NCBI GenBank assembly: GCA_963817955.1
Contig: CAWFQK010000004.1
Coordinates: 864,001-928,000 of the forward strand
Length of the DNA stretch: 64,000 nucleotides
Direction: 5' to 3'
Source: an uncultured Gemmatimonadaceae bacterium
Lineage (GTDB): Bacteria; Gemmatimonadota; Gemmatimonadetes; Gemmatimonadales; Gemmatimonadaceae
Below are positions 41,223 to 50,307 of the stretch, in pieces. A model generated the notes under the pieces. It was not told the DNA's origin. It saw only the letters and a program-made list of their open reading frames with translations, and ran no database searches. Within the stretch, counting starts at the first letter, position 1. The number at the start of each line of letters is the position of its first letter. A program made the translations under genes and the position numbers.

Positions 41223-41392
41223 GTCGGGTTGGGCTCCGTGTTTTGACGGGCGGGATGTCGCTGGCGGCTCCGTAGCGGTCGGCCCACCGGTCGGCGAGTT
41301 TCGAGTTGCCAGTTGTAAGTGATGCGTGGTGCGTTTTTAAAAACTCACAACTCACAACTCACAACTGGACACCCGCACCTCGCCGACCGGCG
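41223..41392 (+). repeat. Dispersed ~110-bp repeat, copy A, plus an inverted partial copy
   Basis: Core GGATGTCGCTGGC(G/T)GCTCCGTAGCGGTCGGCCCACCGGTCGGCGAG shared with 42908-43070 and 50776-50939; 41339-41392 is an inverted partial copy with (ACTCACA)3. Confidence 0.85.
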
Positions 41393-41438
41393 ATAGTGGC
41401 CTGCGAGCCAGGCGCCCTGGTGCGCATGACCTGTATAC

Positions 41439-42835
41439 TGTGAAGTAACGGGCTGATAGGTGAGCAATAATCCGGGCTGATAGGTGAGCCTCGCATGGCA
41501 GCAGGGTGTTCTCTGGAGAACAGAAGCAATCCCCTCACGGGGCGGGAGTCAAAGGGAACGTCCAACGGACGTTCGGGAGAAACCGATTGGTGGCGAGCAG
41601 AATCTCTCCCAGCTCGAGCGGTCCGTAGGCCACAATGAGGCGATCATCGTGCGTGTCGGTCAGGCGCACGTCTTCGCCGGCCAGGTTGTGCGAGAGCGAG
41701 TAGCTGACCTCGCGCACCTTGATCGCGCCGGCGCTGCTGACGCGGCGCACCACGGTCCCCTCCGGATAGCACATCGGGGGCAGGCGGCGCGGATAGGCCC
41801 GCGGCGAGCCGTGATAGGCCGTGCTCGGGGCGCGGTGCCCGGCGACGCTGGCGTGGGGCCGCTCGTCGTTGTATTCGCTGCGAAAGCGATCGAACCGGCG
41901 CTGCTGCGCCACGAACGAGGGCGCGGGCGGGTCCAGCGTGTGGGCCTTGAGGGTTCTGTGAAACCGCTCGTGCGCGCCGTTGGCGGCGGGCTGGCCCGGC
42001 GGCGTGTGCTCGGGCCGGATGCCCAACCGCACCCACCAGAACGCCAGGGAGCCGAGGCGGCCGATCGCGTTGGGCTGGGCGAATGGCACGCCGTTGTCCG
42101 TGCGGAGGACGTCGGGGAGCCCGTACTCGCGGAACAAGCGCTGGAAGCACTGGCGGGCCGTGGGGACCGCGGTACTGCGCAGGGCGGTGCAGCCGAGGAG
42201 AAAATGGCTGTGCAGATCCAACACGGTCAGGGGATAGCATTCGGGCCCGCCGCCTGAGAGCGCGAATTCCCCTTTGAAATCCGCCGTCCAGACCACGTTC
42301 GGGGCGGTCGCGGCGGTGCGCCCACTCGCCAGGCGGGCATGCGTCTGGCCGCGCCGGCGTCTTGAGTCGACCAGGCCGGCCCGTTTGAGCAGCGCCCCGA
42401 TCGTGCTGGCGGCGGGCCACCGTCCTCCCGCCGGTTCGTGCAGCTGCAGCCAATCCCGCAGCTTCTCTGGCCCGTACAGCGGGTGGCGCTTCCGCAACGC
42501 GATGATGCGGGCGGCCATGGCGGGCGACATTTGGTGGGCCTGCCCGTGTCGGGCATGCGAGCGATCCGCGAGGCCCGCCGGCCCGTCGGTCGCAAAGCGG
42601 TTCAGCCACTTATGGCCGGTCTTCTCGCTAATGCCAAACTCGGCGCAGACGGCGAGGAGCGACTCTCTCCGACGCATGCACTGTTGCACAAACGCCAATC
42701 GTTCCGACATCGGTGAACTCTCTTGCCAAGGCACGGACACCTCCCAGAAGTGTGTCCGAACGTAAGGCTGTCTCACCAAGCTCACCTATCAGCCCGGTTT
42801 GTGGCTCACCTATCAGACCGGTTTGTACCCTGACA
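41439..42835 (-). mobile_element. IS481-family insertion sequence (ends approximate)
   Basis: Each end has two copies, 24 bp apart, of CGGGCTGATAGGTGAGC in inverted orientation (41449-65, 41472-89; 42780-97, 42804-21); TGT/ACA near the termini; no clean target duplication seen. Confidence 0.85.
41535..42734 (-). CDS. IS481-family DDE transposase
   Basis: GTG after GGGAGG; PWQESSPMSER, HTH FGISEKTGHKW, WTADFKG, RTDNG, NGAHERFHRTLK, YNDERPH. Confidence 0.92.
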   Translation of the reverse strand: MPWQESSPMSERLAFVQQCMRRRESLLAVCAEFGISEKTGHKWLNRFATDGPAGLADRSHARHGQAHQMSPAMAARIIALRKRHPLYGPEKLRDWLQLHEPAGGRWPAASTIGALLKRAGLVDSRRRRGQTHARLASGRTAATAPNVVWTADFKGEFALSGGGPECYPLTVLDLHSHFLLGCTALRSTAVPTARQCFQRLFREYGLPDVLRTDNGVPFAQPNAIGRLGSLAFWWVRLGIRPEHTPPGQPAANGAHERFHRTLKAHTLDPPAPSFVAQQRRFDRFRSEYNDERPHASVAGHRAPSTAYHGSPRAYPRRLPPMCYPEGTVVRRVSSAGAIKVREVSYSLSHNLAGEDVRLTDTHDDRLIVAYGPLELGEILLATNRFLPNVRWTFPLTPAP

Positions 42836-42907
42836 ACTGACAACTCACCACTGATCACTGACCACAGCACCCGCGATGCCTGTCCTACTGAGCGAAGGAC
42901 CTGGGAG

Positions 42908-43070
42908 ATCGGATTGGACTCCGGGTATTGGCCGGCTGGATGTCGCTGGCTGCTCCGTAGCGGTCGGCCCACCGGTCGGCGAGTTCCGAGTTGCCAGTTG
43001 TGAGTCGTGCGTTGTGAGTTTCCCGTGTCTCGTGTCTCGTGTCCCGTGTCTCGTGTCTCCCGCCCGTGTC
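42908..43070 (+). repeat. Dispersed ~110-bp repeat, copy B, with (YCGTGTC)5 tail
   Basis: Direct sequence match to copies A and C. Confidence 0.88.
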
Positions 43071-43075
43071 CCCCA

Positions 43076-44080
43076 CTAAAACCGAATCTCCTTCCCCTCC
43101 TCCGCGGCTTTGTAGATCGCTTCCACAATGCGGTGGAGCACCACCTGATCGCTCGGCGACTCGTACGGCGTCTCGCCGCGCACCACGGAGAGGAAGTGCG
43201 CCAGCTCGGCGCGGTACGACTGCGCGAATGCACTTTCACGCCCGGCCGCGCCAGATGGCGAGACGTCCGTTGGCCGGCCGTTCAGCTCCTTCACCACACG
43301 CAGCGGCGCCAGGCGCGCGCTCCCGCGCGTGGCGAGCACTTCGAACCACGACCGCTCCTCCTCACCCACGTACGCCGACGATACATCGAAGAGATACGAT
43401 GACCCGCCGACGCACTCGAGCTGGACGACCATCGATTCCTCGACCGCGCTCGCTCCGCGCGGGCGATCCATGTGCGTCGTGACACGCAGCGGATCCGGAT
43501 AGTCGGCCAGCCAGAGGGCCAGATCGAGCAGCGGAATGCCATAATCGAAGAACGCGCCACCACCCGATTCGGCGCGACGATTTCGCCAACCTTCGGCGGG
43601 GCGTTTGAAGTGGTACGCGCCGGCACGCATGCCGACGATCTTTCCTAGCTCGCCGCCCTGGATGAAGCGCGACAGCGTCTGGACGTCCGTGCGGTATCGA
43701 TGATTATTCGCCACCGCCACCCGACGATCGGACCGAGCCGCCGCGGCAAGAATACGCTCGACACCGCGCGACGAGAGCGACAGCGGCCGCTCGCACAGGA
43801 CGTGGCGCTTGGACGCAAGGGCGCTCAGCACGTGCGGCTCGTGCAAGTGATTCGGCGTCGCGACGACGACCGCATCCAATTCGTCCAGCTCGAGCAGGTC
43901 CTCGATGTCGGTGAACGTGTCGGGAATGCCGAATCGATCGGCCAGGGCCCGAGCCTTGGTGCGGTCGTTGTCGCACACCGCCACGAGTTCGGCATCGCGC
44001 ATCTTCGACAGCACCGGGATGTGCGCGAGCTGCGCGATCGCGCCCGCGCCCACCACTCCGATCTTCACCGTTTCCTTCAT
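43076..44080 (-). CDS. Gfo/Idh/MocA family oxidoreductase
   Basis: IGVVGAGAIA, VATPNHLH, VLCERP, SGGGAFFD. Confidence 0.92.
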   Translation of the reverse strand: MKETVKIGVVGAGAIAQLAHIPVLSKMRDAELVAVCDNDRTKARALADRFGIPDTFTDIEDLLELDELDAVVVATPNHLHEPHVLSALASKRHVLCERPLSLSSRGVERILAAAARSDRRVAVANNHRYRTDVQTLSRFIQGGELGKIVGMRAGAYHFKRPAEGWRNRRAESGGGAFFDYGIPLLDLALWLADYPDPLRVTTHMDRPRGASAVEESMVVQLECVGGSSYLFDVSSAYVGEEERSWFEVLATRGSARLAPLRVVKELNGRPTDVSPSGAAGRESAFAQSYRAELAHFLSVVRGETPYESPSDQVVLHRIVEAIYKAAEEGKEIRF

Positions 44081-44772
44081 TTCGTCCCCCCTCCCGTCCC
44101 GTTGGTCGTTCGTCCGTGGATCTGACCAAAATAGTAACTGGCGCCACCACGGATTTGTGCCGAGCGAAACCCGCTGAACACATCGGCGCGCGCGCTGCCT
44201 TCCACGCCAATGTGGCCGCCCAGCTTCAACGACACTCCGGCCGTGACGTACAGACCGGCCGCGACGCCGTCGAGCGAGCGCTCCACAAAGGTGCCCTTGA
44301 TCAACGTTCCGTCGGCGTTGATGACGTGCGCGGCAATGCCGGCTCCGAGAAACGGCTTGAGCTCTCCGCTGTACCTGGGCGAATACCGCACGTCCCCACC
44401 AAATGTCACGTCGTAGATCGATATGGGCGACGGCGTGACGTGCGCGTTCGGATTACTGACGCTCTTCTGGAGCGAATCGACGAACGCTTGCACCACCGAT
44501 TGCTGGAGGTGTGAGTTCCAGAAACTCGCATTGACCACCACATGCCAGCCCGGCGAGATCTCCCCGTAGTCGGCCGAGATGGCGGTCAGCGCCGCCGGCT
44601 CGACCTGCGACGGATTGATCCGTCCGAACGCGCCGCCAAGCGACACGATCTGCAACTTGTCGAAGCCGAGTTTCTCCCACATGCCATTCTGTGCATGCAC
44701 CGGACGGCCGCCGAGGAGCAGCGCGACGAACGCCGCTGCCGCGCCTGACACACGCCCGCCACCCCGCAGCAC
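44077..44772 (-). CDS. Putative outer-membrane beta-barrel protein
   Basis: Signal peptide ending VHAQ; alternating beta strands, KPFLGAG, C-terminal GGASYYF; start uncertain (44751 or 44772). Confidence 0.6.
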   Translation of the reverse strand: MLRGGGRVSGAAAAFVALLLGGRPVHAQNGMWEKLGFDKLQIVSLGGAFGRINPSQVEPAALTAISADYGEISPGWHVVVNASFWNSHLQQSVVQAFVDSLQKSVSNPNAHVTPSPISIYDVTFGGDVRYSPRYSGELKPFLGAGIAAHVINADGTLIKGTFVERSLDGVAAGLYVTAGVSLKLGGHIGVEGSARADVFSGFRSAQIRGGASYYFGQIHGRTTNGTGGGTK

Positions 44773-44773
44773 T

Positions 44774-46135
44774 CTACGTGGCCGGGCCAATCGTTGTTCC
44801 GGGATAGTAGGTATGGAGAATGGTTCGGAAATCCTGGCCGGCTCGTGCACGGCCGATGGCGCCCCACTGGCACATGCCGACGCCATGACCATACCCGCGC
44901 CCGCGGATCATCAGGAGCGCAAGCGTGCCATCCTCCGCCGACGTGGTCTCGAGCGAAAAGTAGGTGCTATTCAAAATCTCGCCACCAAGCGGTCGCAGGA
45001 CATAGCGAACGTCGTTGCCGCGTACGACAAAATTGCCGCGCTCCGTACTGACCGTGATGGTCCCCACGCGGCCAGACGCCGTATGCGACGCCACGGTGAC
45101 GTCGCGCACCCTGCCCGGAACCTTACCGGGCACCGAGGCATACGATGCGAGATACCGCGCGATGGCCGCGTTCAGCGTTCTGGCATCGAGCGTGCGCGTC
45201 CACGTATAGCGCGGCGCGATGTCGCAGTAGGCGCGATCAGTGCCGGGAATCTGGTCGCTCACACTCTGAAGATACGGCTCGTCGGCGGACCGCCAGATCT
45301 CCGACACCGCGGCGGTGGCACCGCCGCACGTCGAATGATACGGCGCGTTCACCACTCGGCCGTTGTATCGCAGGACGAGGGTTCGCGTGGACTCCACCGC
45401 CTGTGAGCCAACCGCGCTTTCCGCCGCGACACCGCCATACACCTGGTCCGTCACGCCGCCCGTCACGTCGTAACCGCGCGACCGGTCGCTGCCGAGATGG
45501 ATGTACGCGTAGCTCCGCGCCGTGACGGCCTGCGCCTGCACGGCTGCTGAATCGGCCAACGAACGCGTGCCGATCTCCGAGGGGACGACGCCAAGGAGAT
45601 AGTCGTCGATCCGGACCACGTTCACCACGACCACTCCGCTGTCGCTTCCGCGGAAGACCATCTCGCCACGATATGGTTTCGTACCAAGATTCAGCAGGGC
45701 CGAACCGAGCGGCTGCGCGGTGATTGGCCCGCTCTGCCACACCGTGGGCACACCGTCGGGCCGCACCGCGCGCACGTGCCGTCCGTCGTGCTCCACCCGC
45801 CAGACGTCGTCCCGTGCGCCACGGATGATCGTACTGCCATCGGCCGCAGTCAGCACGAAGCCGCCCGGGCAAGAAATTCGCGCCACGGCAGCGTCCGCAA
45901 ACAGAAGAACGCGAATCGTGGTGTCCCCCACATCCCGTACAGACCCACCCCCCCCCCCCACAACCGCTTCTCGCGGGGCGCGCCGCGCCGCCGCGCCCGA
46001 CGGCTTGGCGCCGCTTCCACCCGCCGGGGCCGCTGGGGCGGCTACCGGGAGAGGCGTCACGACCGGCGTGGGAGCAGGGCCCGAGCTGGTGCACGCGGCA
46101 AGGACGACGGCCAGCGCGACCGTCCGCCACGTCAT
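44774..46135 (-). CDS. SpoIID/LytB domain lipoprotein (lytic transglycosylase family)
   Basis: VVLAAC lipobox; YRG, YLLGVVPSE, AQAVTARSYA, DQVYGG, YHSTCGG, GYGHGVGMCQWGA. Confidence 0.92.
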   Translation of the reverse strand: MTWRTVALAVVLAACTSSGPAPTPVVTPLPVAAPAAPAGGSGAKPSGAAARRAPREAVVGGGGGSVRDVGDTTIRVLLFADAAVARISCPGGFVLTAADGSTIIRGARDDVWRVEHDGRHVRAVRPDGVPTVWQSGPITAQPLGSALLNLGTKPYRGEMVFRGSDSGVVVVNVVRIDDYLLGVVPSEIGTRSLADSAAVQAQAVTARSYAYIHLGSDRSRGYDVTGGVTDQVYGGVAAESAVGSQAVESTRTLVLRYNGRVVNAPYHSTCGGATAAVSEIWRSADEPYLQSVSDQIPGTDRAYCDIAPRYTWTRTLDARTLNAAIARYLASYASVPGKVPGRVRDVTVASHTASGRVGTITVSTERGNFVVRGNDVRYVLRPLGGEILNSTYFSLETTSAEDGTLALLMIRGRGYGHGVGMCQWGAIGRARAGQDFRTILHTYYPGTTIGPAT

Positions 46136-47406
46136 CCGGCTACTCCCATGGCCTCGTCCAGCCGACCGAGCGTCATATCGATGTCGTCATTCGTGTGCGC
46201 CGCAGACACAAATGCAGCCTCGAACGCCGATGGCGCCAGATACACGCCCCGCTCGAGCGCCGCGTGAAAGAACCGCTTGAAGCGTTCGACGTCCGATGTC
46301 TTGGCGTCATCAAACGTTCGCACCGGCTCGGCACGGAAGAAGAACCCCCACATGGAGCCAGCGCTGTCTGCCGTGAACGGCAGCGCACGGCGCGCGGCAA
46401 TCTCTCGGAGTCCCTGCACCAGCCGGGATGTCTTCCGCGTGATGTCGTCGTGCACGTCAGGCGTGAGCGCGCGCAGCGTGGCAATGCCGGCGGCCATCGC
46501 CAACGGATTACCCGACAACGTTCCCGCCTGGTACACGCTGCCCAGCGGCGCAATGTGCTCCATGAGATCCCGCCGTCCACCATACGCCGCCACCGGCAGC
46601 CCACCGCCGATCACCTTGCCGAGTGTGGTGAGATCGGCTCGCACGCCGAAACGCTCACGCGCACCGCCGTAGGCAATACGGAACCCCACCATGACTTCGT
46701 CGAAGATCAGCAGGGCCCCATGCTGGTCCGCGAGCGTCCGCAGCCCTGGGAGGAACGCGGGATCTGGCGCGATGAACCCACTGTTGCCCACGATCGGCTC
46801 GACGATGATCGCCGCCACACGATGCGACGTCAGCAGGGCTTCCACCGCATGCAGATCGTTGAATGGCGCGACAACGGTGAGCGCGGCCAACGCGTCCGGA
46901 ACGCCCGGCGAATTCGGCAAGCCAAGCGTGGCAATGCCAGAGCCCGCGCGCACGAGGAAGGAATCGGCGTGGCCGTGATAGCAGCCGTCGAACTTGAGGA
47001 TGACGTCGCGACCAGTCACGGCGCGCGCCAGACGTACCGCGCTCATCGTCGCCTCGGTGCCGCTCGAGACAAAGCGCATCATCTCGATGTGCGGCAGCCG
47101 CTGCACGATCATCTCGCCGAGCTCCACCTCGAGCTCCGTTGGAATGCCAAAGCTCGTCCCACGGCGCATGGTTTCCGACAAGGCCTCGAGCACCGATTCC
47201 TGCGCGTGGCCAAGCACCAGCGGTCCCCAGGAGAGCACGTAGTCGATGTACTCACGCCCGTCGGCGTCCCAGATGCGCGATCCGGCTCCGCGTTCGGCCA
47301 CGAACGGCTCTCCGCCCACACCGCGGAAGGCGCGCACCGGCGAGTTCACGCCGCCCGGAAAGAGGGCGCGCGCCCGCTCCATGATCTCGTGCGAGCGGCC
47401 GTTCAT
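46132..47406 (-). CDS. hemL: Glutamate-1-semialdehyde 2,1-aminomutase
   Basis: PGGVNSPVRAF, SSGTEATM, GCYHGH, FDEVM, GKVIGGGLP, YQAGTLSGNP. Confidence 0.97.
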   Translation of the reverse strand: MNGRSHEIMERARALFPGGVNSPVRAFRGVGGEPFVAERGAGSRIWDADGREYIDYVLSWGPLVLGHAQESVLEALSETMRRGTSFGIPTELEVELGEMIVQRLPHIEMMRFVSSGTEATMSAVRLARAVTGRDVILKFDGCYHGHADSFLVRAGSGIATLGLPNSPGVPDALAALTVVAPFNDLHAVEALLTSHRVAAIIVEPIVGNSGFIAPDPAFLPGLRTLADQHGALLIFDEVMVGFRIAYGGARERFGVRADLTTLGKVIGGGLPVAAYGGRRDLMEHIAPLGSVYQAGTLSGNPLAMAAGIATLRALTPDVHDDITRKTSRLVQGLREIAARRALPFTADSAGSMWGFFFRAEPVRTFDDAKTSDVERFKRFFHAALERGVYLAPSAFEAAFVSAAHTNDDIDMTLGRLDEAMGVAG

Positions 47407-48797
47407 CGTCCAAAGCTCCCGATGGAGTCGAACACGGGCAGCGCGCGCGTCCGGTGCGGCACCGGCGGCGGCGGTGGGGGCGCGGCAATCACGCGCACCA
47501 AAGTGGCGCGGAAATCCACATCCTCGACCACTTCGTCCAACCGCACGTCGATGAACGTACCGGGCAGCACGCCCTCCGCGCCGGCCACATACGTCACGCC
47601 GTCAATGTCTTCCGCCTGGCAGGCAATCCGCGCCTGCACCGCACCGTCGTCGACGTGATCGACCAGCGCGCGCACCGTGCGTCCCAGCCGCTCCTCGTAC
47701 CGATCGGCTGAGATGAGCCGCTGCACTTCATTCAACCGCTCCAGGCGCTGCAGTTTCACGTCTTCCGGCACGTCATCCTCCAGTTCTGCCGCGCGCGTCC
47801 CCTGCTGCGGCGAGTAAGTGAACGCGCCCACTCGCTCGAACTGCATCTCGTCGAGAAAGTCGAGCAACGTGTCAAAGTCCTCCTCTGTCTCGCCGGGAAA
47901 GCCGACGATACACGTGGTGCGAATGGCGACGTCTGCCACGACCTCGCGAATGCCCTGCACCCGGGCTCGAATGATCTGTTGGCGCTCAGGGCGCCGCATG
48001 CGCGACAGCACGGCATCTGAGGCATGCTGAATCGGCATGTCGAGGTACGGGAGAATGCGCGGCTCGGTCGCGATCAGCTCGAGCAACTGCGGCGTCAATC
48101 CCGCGGAGTAGAGATAGAGCATGCGGATCCACGGCACCGTCGTCTCGCGCACGAGGGCGGCAAGTAGCTCGGGAAGATGGGCGCCGTCGTGCCGGTCGCG
48201 CCCGTAATGGGCCAGGTCCTGCGCCACGAGATTGAGCTCGCGTGCGCCCTGCGCCTCGAGAAGTTGTGCTTCCTGCGCCACCTCGTCGAGCGAGAAAGAC
48301 CGATGCTTGCCGCGCATGAGCGGAATGGCGCAGAACGCGCAGCCGTGATCACACCCTTCACTGATCTTGAGGTAGCGCACGTGTGGCATGGCGCCGGTGA
48401 ACAGACGCACGCCTGGGTGTACCGCTGGCACGTCGTCCTCATCGATGAGACCGAGACGCTCGAGCTCGGGGATCAACCGATCCATCTCCGATGCGCCGAG
48501 GAAGAGATCGACTTCCGGCAGCGCGTCGATCAACTCGTCCTTGTGCCGCTGCACCATGCACCCGACGCCGACGACCGCCTTGCAGCTCCCCTCGTCCTTG
48601 AGACGCCCGGCCTCGACGAGCGCGTCGATCGACTCCTTCTTCGCCGCGTCGATGAAGCCGCAGGTATTCACGACGATGACGTCGGCCTGCGACATGTCGT
48701 CCGTGTATGCGACACCGCGGTCGGCGAGCTGCGCGACGTACCGTTCGCTATCGACGGTGTTCTTGTCGCAGCCGAGCGTGATGATGGAAAACTTCAT
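47403..48797 (-). CDS. rimO: Ribosomal protein S12 methylthiotransferase
   Basis: LGCDKNTVDSE, NTCGFI, radical SAM CDHGCAFC, IVGFPGET, TRAM domain. Confidence 0.95.
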   Translation of the reverse strand: MKFSIITLGCDKNTVDSERYVAQLADRGVAYTDDMSQADVIVVNTCGFIDAAKKESIDALVEAGRLKDEGSCKAVVGVGCMVQRHKDELIDALPEVDLFLGASEMDRLIPELERLGLIDEDDVPAVHPGVRLFTGAMPHVRYLKISEGCDHGCAFCAIPLMRGKHRSFSLDEVAQEAQLLEAQGARELNLVAQDLAHYGRDRHDGAHLPELLAALVRETTVPWIRMLYLYSAGLTPQLLELIATEPRILPYLDMPIQHASDAVLSRMRRPERQQIIRARVQGIREVVADVAIRTTCIVGFPGETEEDFDTLLDFLDEMQFERVGAFTYSPQQGTRAAELEDDVPEDVKLQRLERLNEVQRLISADRYEERLGRTVRALVDHVDDGAVQARIACQAEDIDGVTYVAGAEGVLPGTFIDVRLDEVVEDVDFRATLVRVIAAPPPPPPVPHRTRALPVFDSIGSFGR

Positions 48798-48816
48798 TTG
48801 TCTCGTGCTCCGACTC

Positions 48817-48844
48817 CCGTGTCCCGTGTCTCGTGTCTCGTGTC
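48817..48844. repeat. Heptamer tandem repeat (YCGTGTC)4
   Basis: Seen directly between yajQ and rimO. Confidence 0.85.
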
Positions 48845-48846
48845 GC

Positions 48847-49347
48847 TCACCTGAAATTCCCAAACTTCAGCTCGACACCAAAGTCCCCTTTGCGTAACAG
48901 GACGATCGCTTCCTGGAGATCGTCCTTCGACGGCGACGTGACGCGCACCTGATCGCCCTGGATGGATGCCTGCACCTTCTTCAGCTTGGCGTCCTTGATC
49001 GCCGCCGAGACCTTCTTGGCGGTGTCGGAGTCGAGCGCCGTCTTGAGCTTGACCTCGCGCCGCACCGTGTCGCCAGCCGCCTGCTTGACCTCGCCGATAT
49101 CAAGGTTCTTCACCGGCACGCCGCGCTTGATCAGCTTCGACTGTACCACATCGAATAGCGCGCGCATCTGGAATTCACTGTCGGCGACCAGGTTGATCAG
49201 CTCCTCCGTACGCTTGAACTCGATAGTCGCGTTTGAGCCTTTGAAATCGTAGCGCTGCGCGATTTCCTTCTGCGCCTGGTTGAGCGCGTTGTCCACTTCC
49301 TGCATGTCGACGCCGGTGGTGACGTCGAACGACGAATTCTGCGCCAT
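48847..49347 (-). CDS. yajQ: YajQ family nucleotide-binding protein
   Basis: SFDV, QEVDNALNQA, RYDFKGS, KVQASIQGDQVRV, DDLQ, FGNFR. Confidence 0.95.
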   Translation of the reverse strand: MAQNSSFDVTTGVDMQEVDNALNQAQKEIAQRYDFKGSNATIEFKRTEELINLVADSEFQMRALFDVVQSKLIKRGVPVKNLDIGEVKQAAGDTVRREVKLKTALDSDTAKKVSAAIKDAKLKKVQASIQGDQVRVTSPSKDDLQEAIVLLRKGDFGVELKFGNFR

Positions 49348-49463
49348 GGGGGTTGGGTTGATTTCCGTACAAGTATATCTCGTCGTCATCGGAACCGCGG
49401 ACAACGACCCGCTGCAACATCGCAACGGGCCGCCGCCCAATGGCACTGCTGACTATCCCCAGC

Positions 49464-50201
49464 TCACGCCGCGCGTTGCGCGGGATCGGCTGAGGACGGG
49501 CTTGCTGCGACAGGCGCGATAGGCGCGGCAGATGGCCCGACGGCCACCGGCGGACTCGCCGGAGCCGAGGGCATGGACCGCGCGCGCTTGGCCGATCGCC
49601 ACTCGGCCAGGAGCTGGGCATTCCCCCGCAGCTTCTGCATGACGATCGGGTCCAGCATCGCCACCGCACTACGGGCTCGCGCCACCTGCTCCTTGATCCC
49701 CGCCGTGGCGCCAATCCGGCGGCGCTCGGCGTCCTTGCGGGCGCTGAGGGCACTCTCCAACGCGTTGGTAGCCTGCACCAACTGATCGACCGTATCCGGG
49801 GCGAGCTGCGCCCGGGTAAAGTCGGCCTCGTACGGCGCCGCCGCGGTCGCCATGCCGCGCGCGGTATTCACGAGCGCCTGCCCGGACAGATGGACCGGAA
49901 GGCGGGACAACGCTTTGAAGCCCGGAACGCCGCGCAGACTCGCACGGGCGAACGTGACGATGGGCTTCATGTGCTGCTCGCGCAGCGCGACGACGAGCTG
50001 GCGATGGCGATTGCCGTGACCGGCGCGGTCACGATCCGCGGCACTCTGCTCGACGACATGAGCCGCGAGCTGCGCGTTGGCGTCGTGAAGTTGTACGCCG
50101 GCCTCGGTGTCCCTCAGACTGCCGACGACGTCGGCATGCACCGCAATGAACGCCTCAGTGCGATTGAAGGACTCTGCTTGATACAACTGGCTTTGCTTCA
50201 T
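49464..50201 (-). CDS. Uncharacterised alpha-helical protein (245 aa) with Pro/Ala tail
   Basis: ATG at 50201 with CAGGAG RBS; amphipathic helices (LREQHMKPIVTFAR; LLAEWRSAKR). Confidence 0.8.
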   Translation of the reverse strand: MKQSQLYQAESFNRTEAFIAVHADVVGSLRDTEAGVQLHDANAQLAAHVVEQSAADRDRAGHGNRHRQLVVALREQHMKPIVTFARASLRGVPGFKALSRLPVHLSGQALVNTARGMATAAAPYEADFTRAQLAPDTVDQLVQATNALESALSARKDAERRRIGATAGIKEQVARARSAVAMLDPIVMQKLRGNAQLLAEWRSAKRARSMPSAPASPPVAVGPSAAPIAPVAASPSSADPAQRAA

Positions 50202-50226
50202 GGCTGCATGCTCCTGGTGGACGCAC

Positions 50227-50272
50227 GAGAAAAGAATCCGGCCGACGTGGGCGTCCTTCACGTCGGCCGGAT
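50227..50272 (-). terminator. Intrinsic-terminator-like hairpin between the 21-bp array and the downstream gene
   Basis: Perfect 14-bp stem ATCCGGCCGACGTG/CACGTCGGCCGGAT, 9-nt loop, followed on the minus strand by TCTTTTCTC. Confidence 0.7.
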
Positions 50273-50307
50273 GGGAACTGACAACAATTGTGATGTCGTT
50301 TGCCGCG

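Noticed and set aside
42628..43402. ORFs with HETRDT / VSCLVSR repeats (also 50656-51606, and N-terminal extensions of rimO and the aldehyde dehydrogenase)
   Set aside because: They are translations of the non-coding heptamer tracts, not genes
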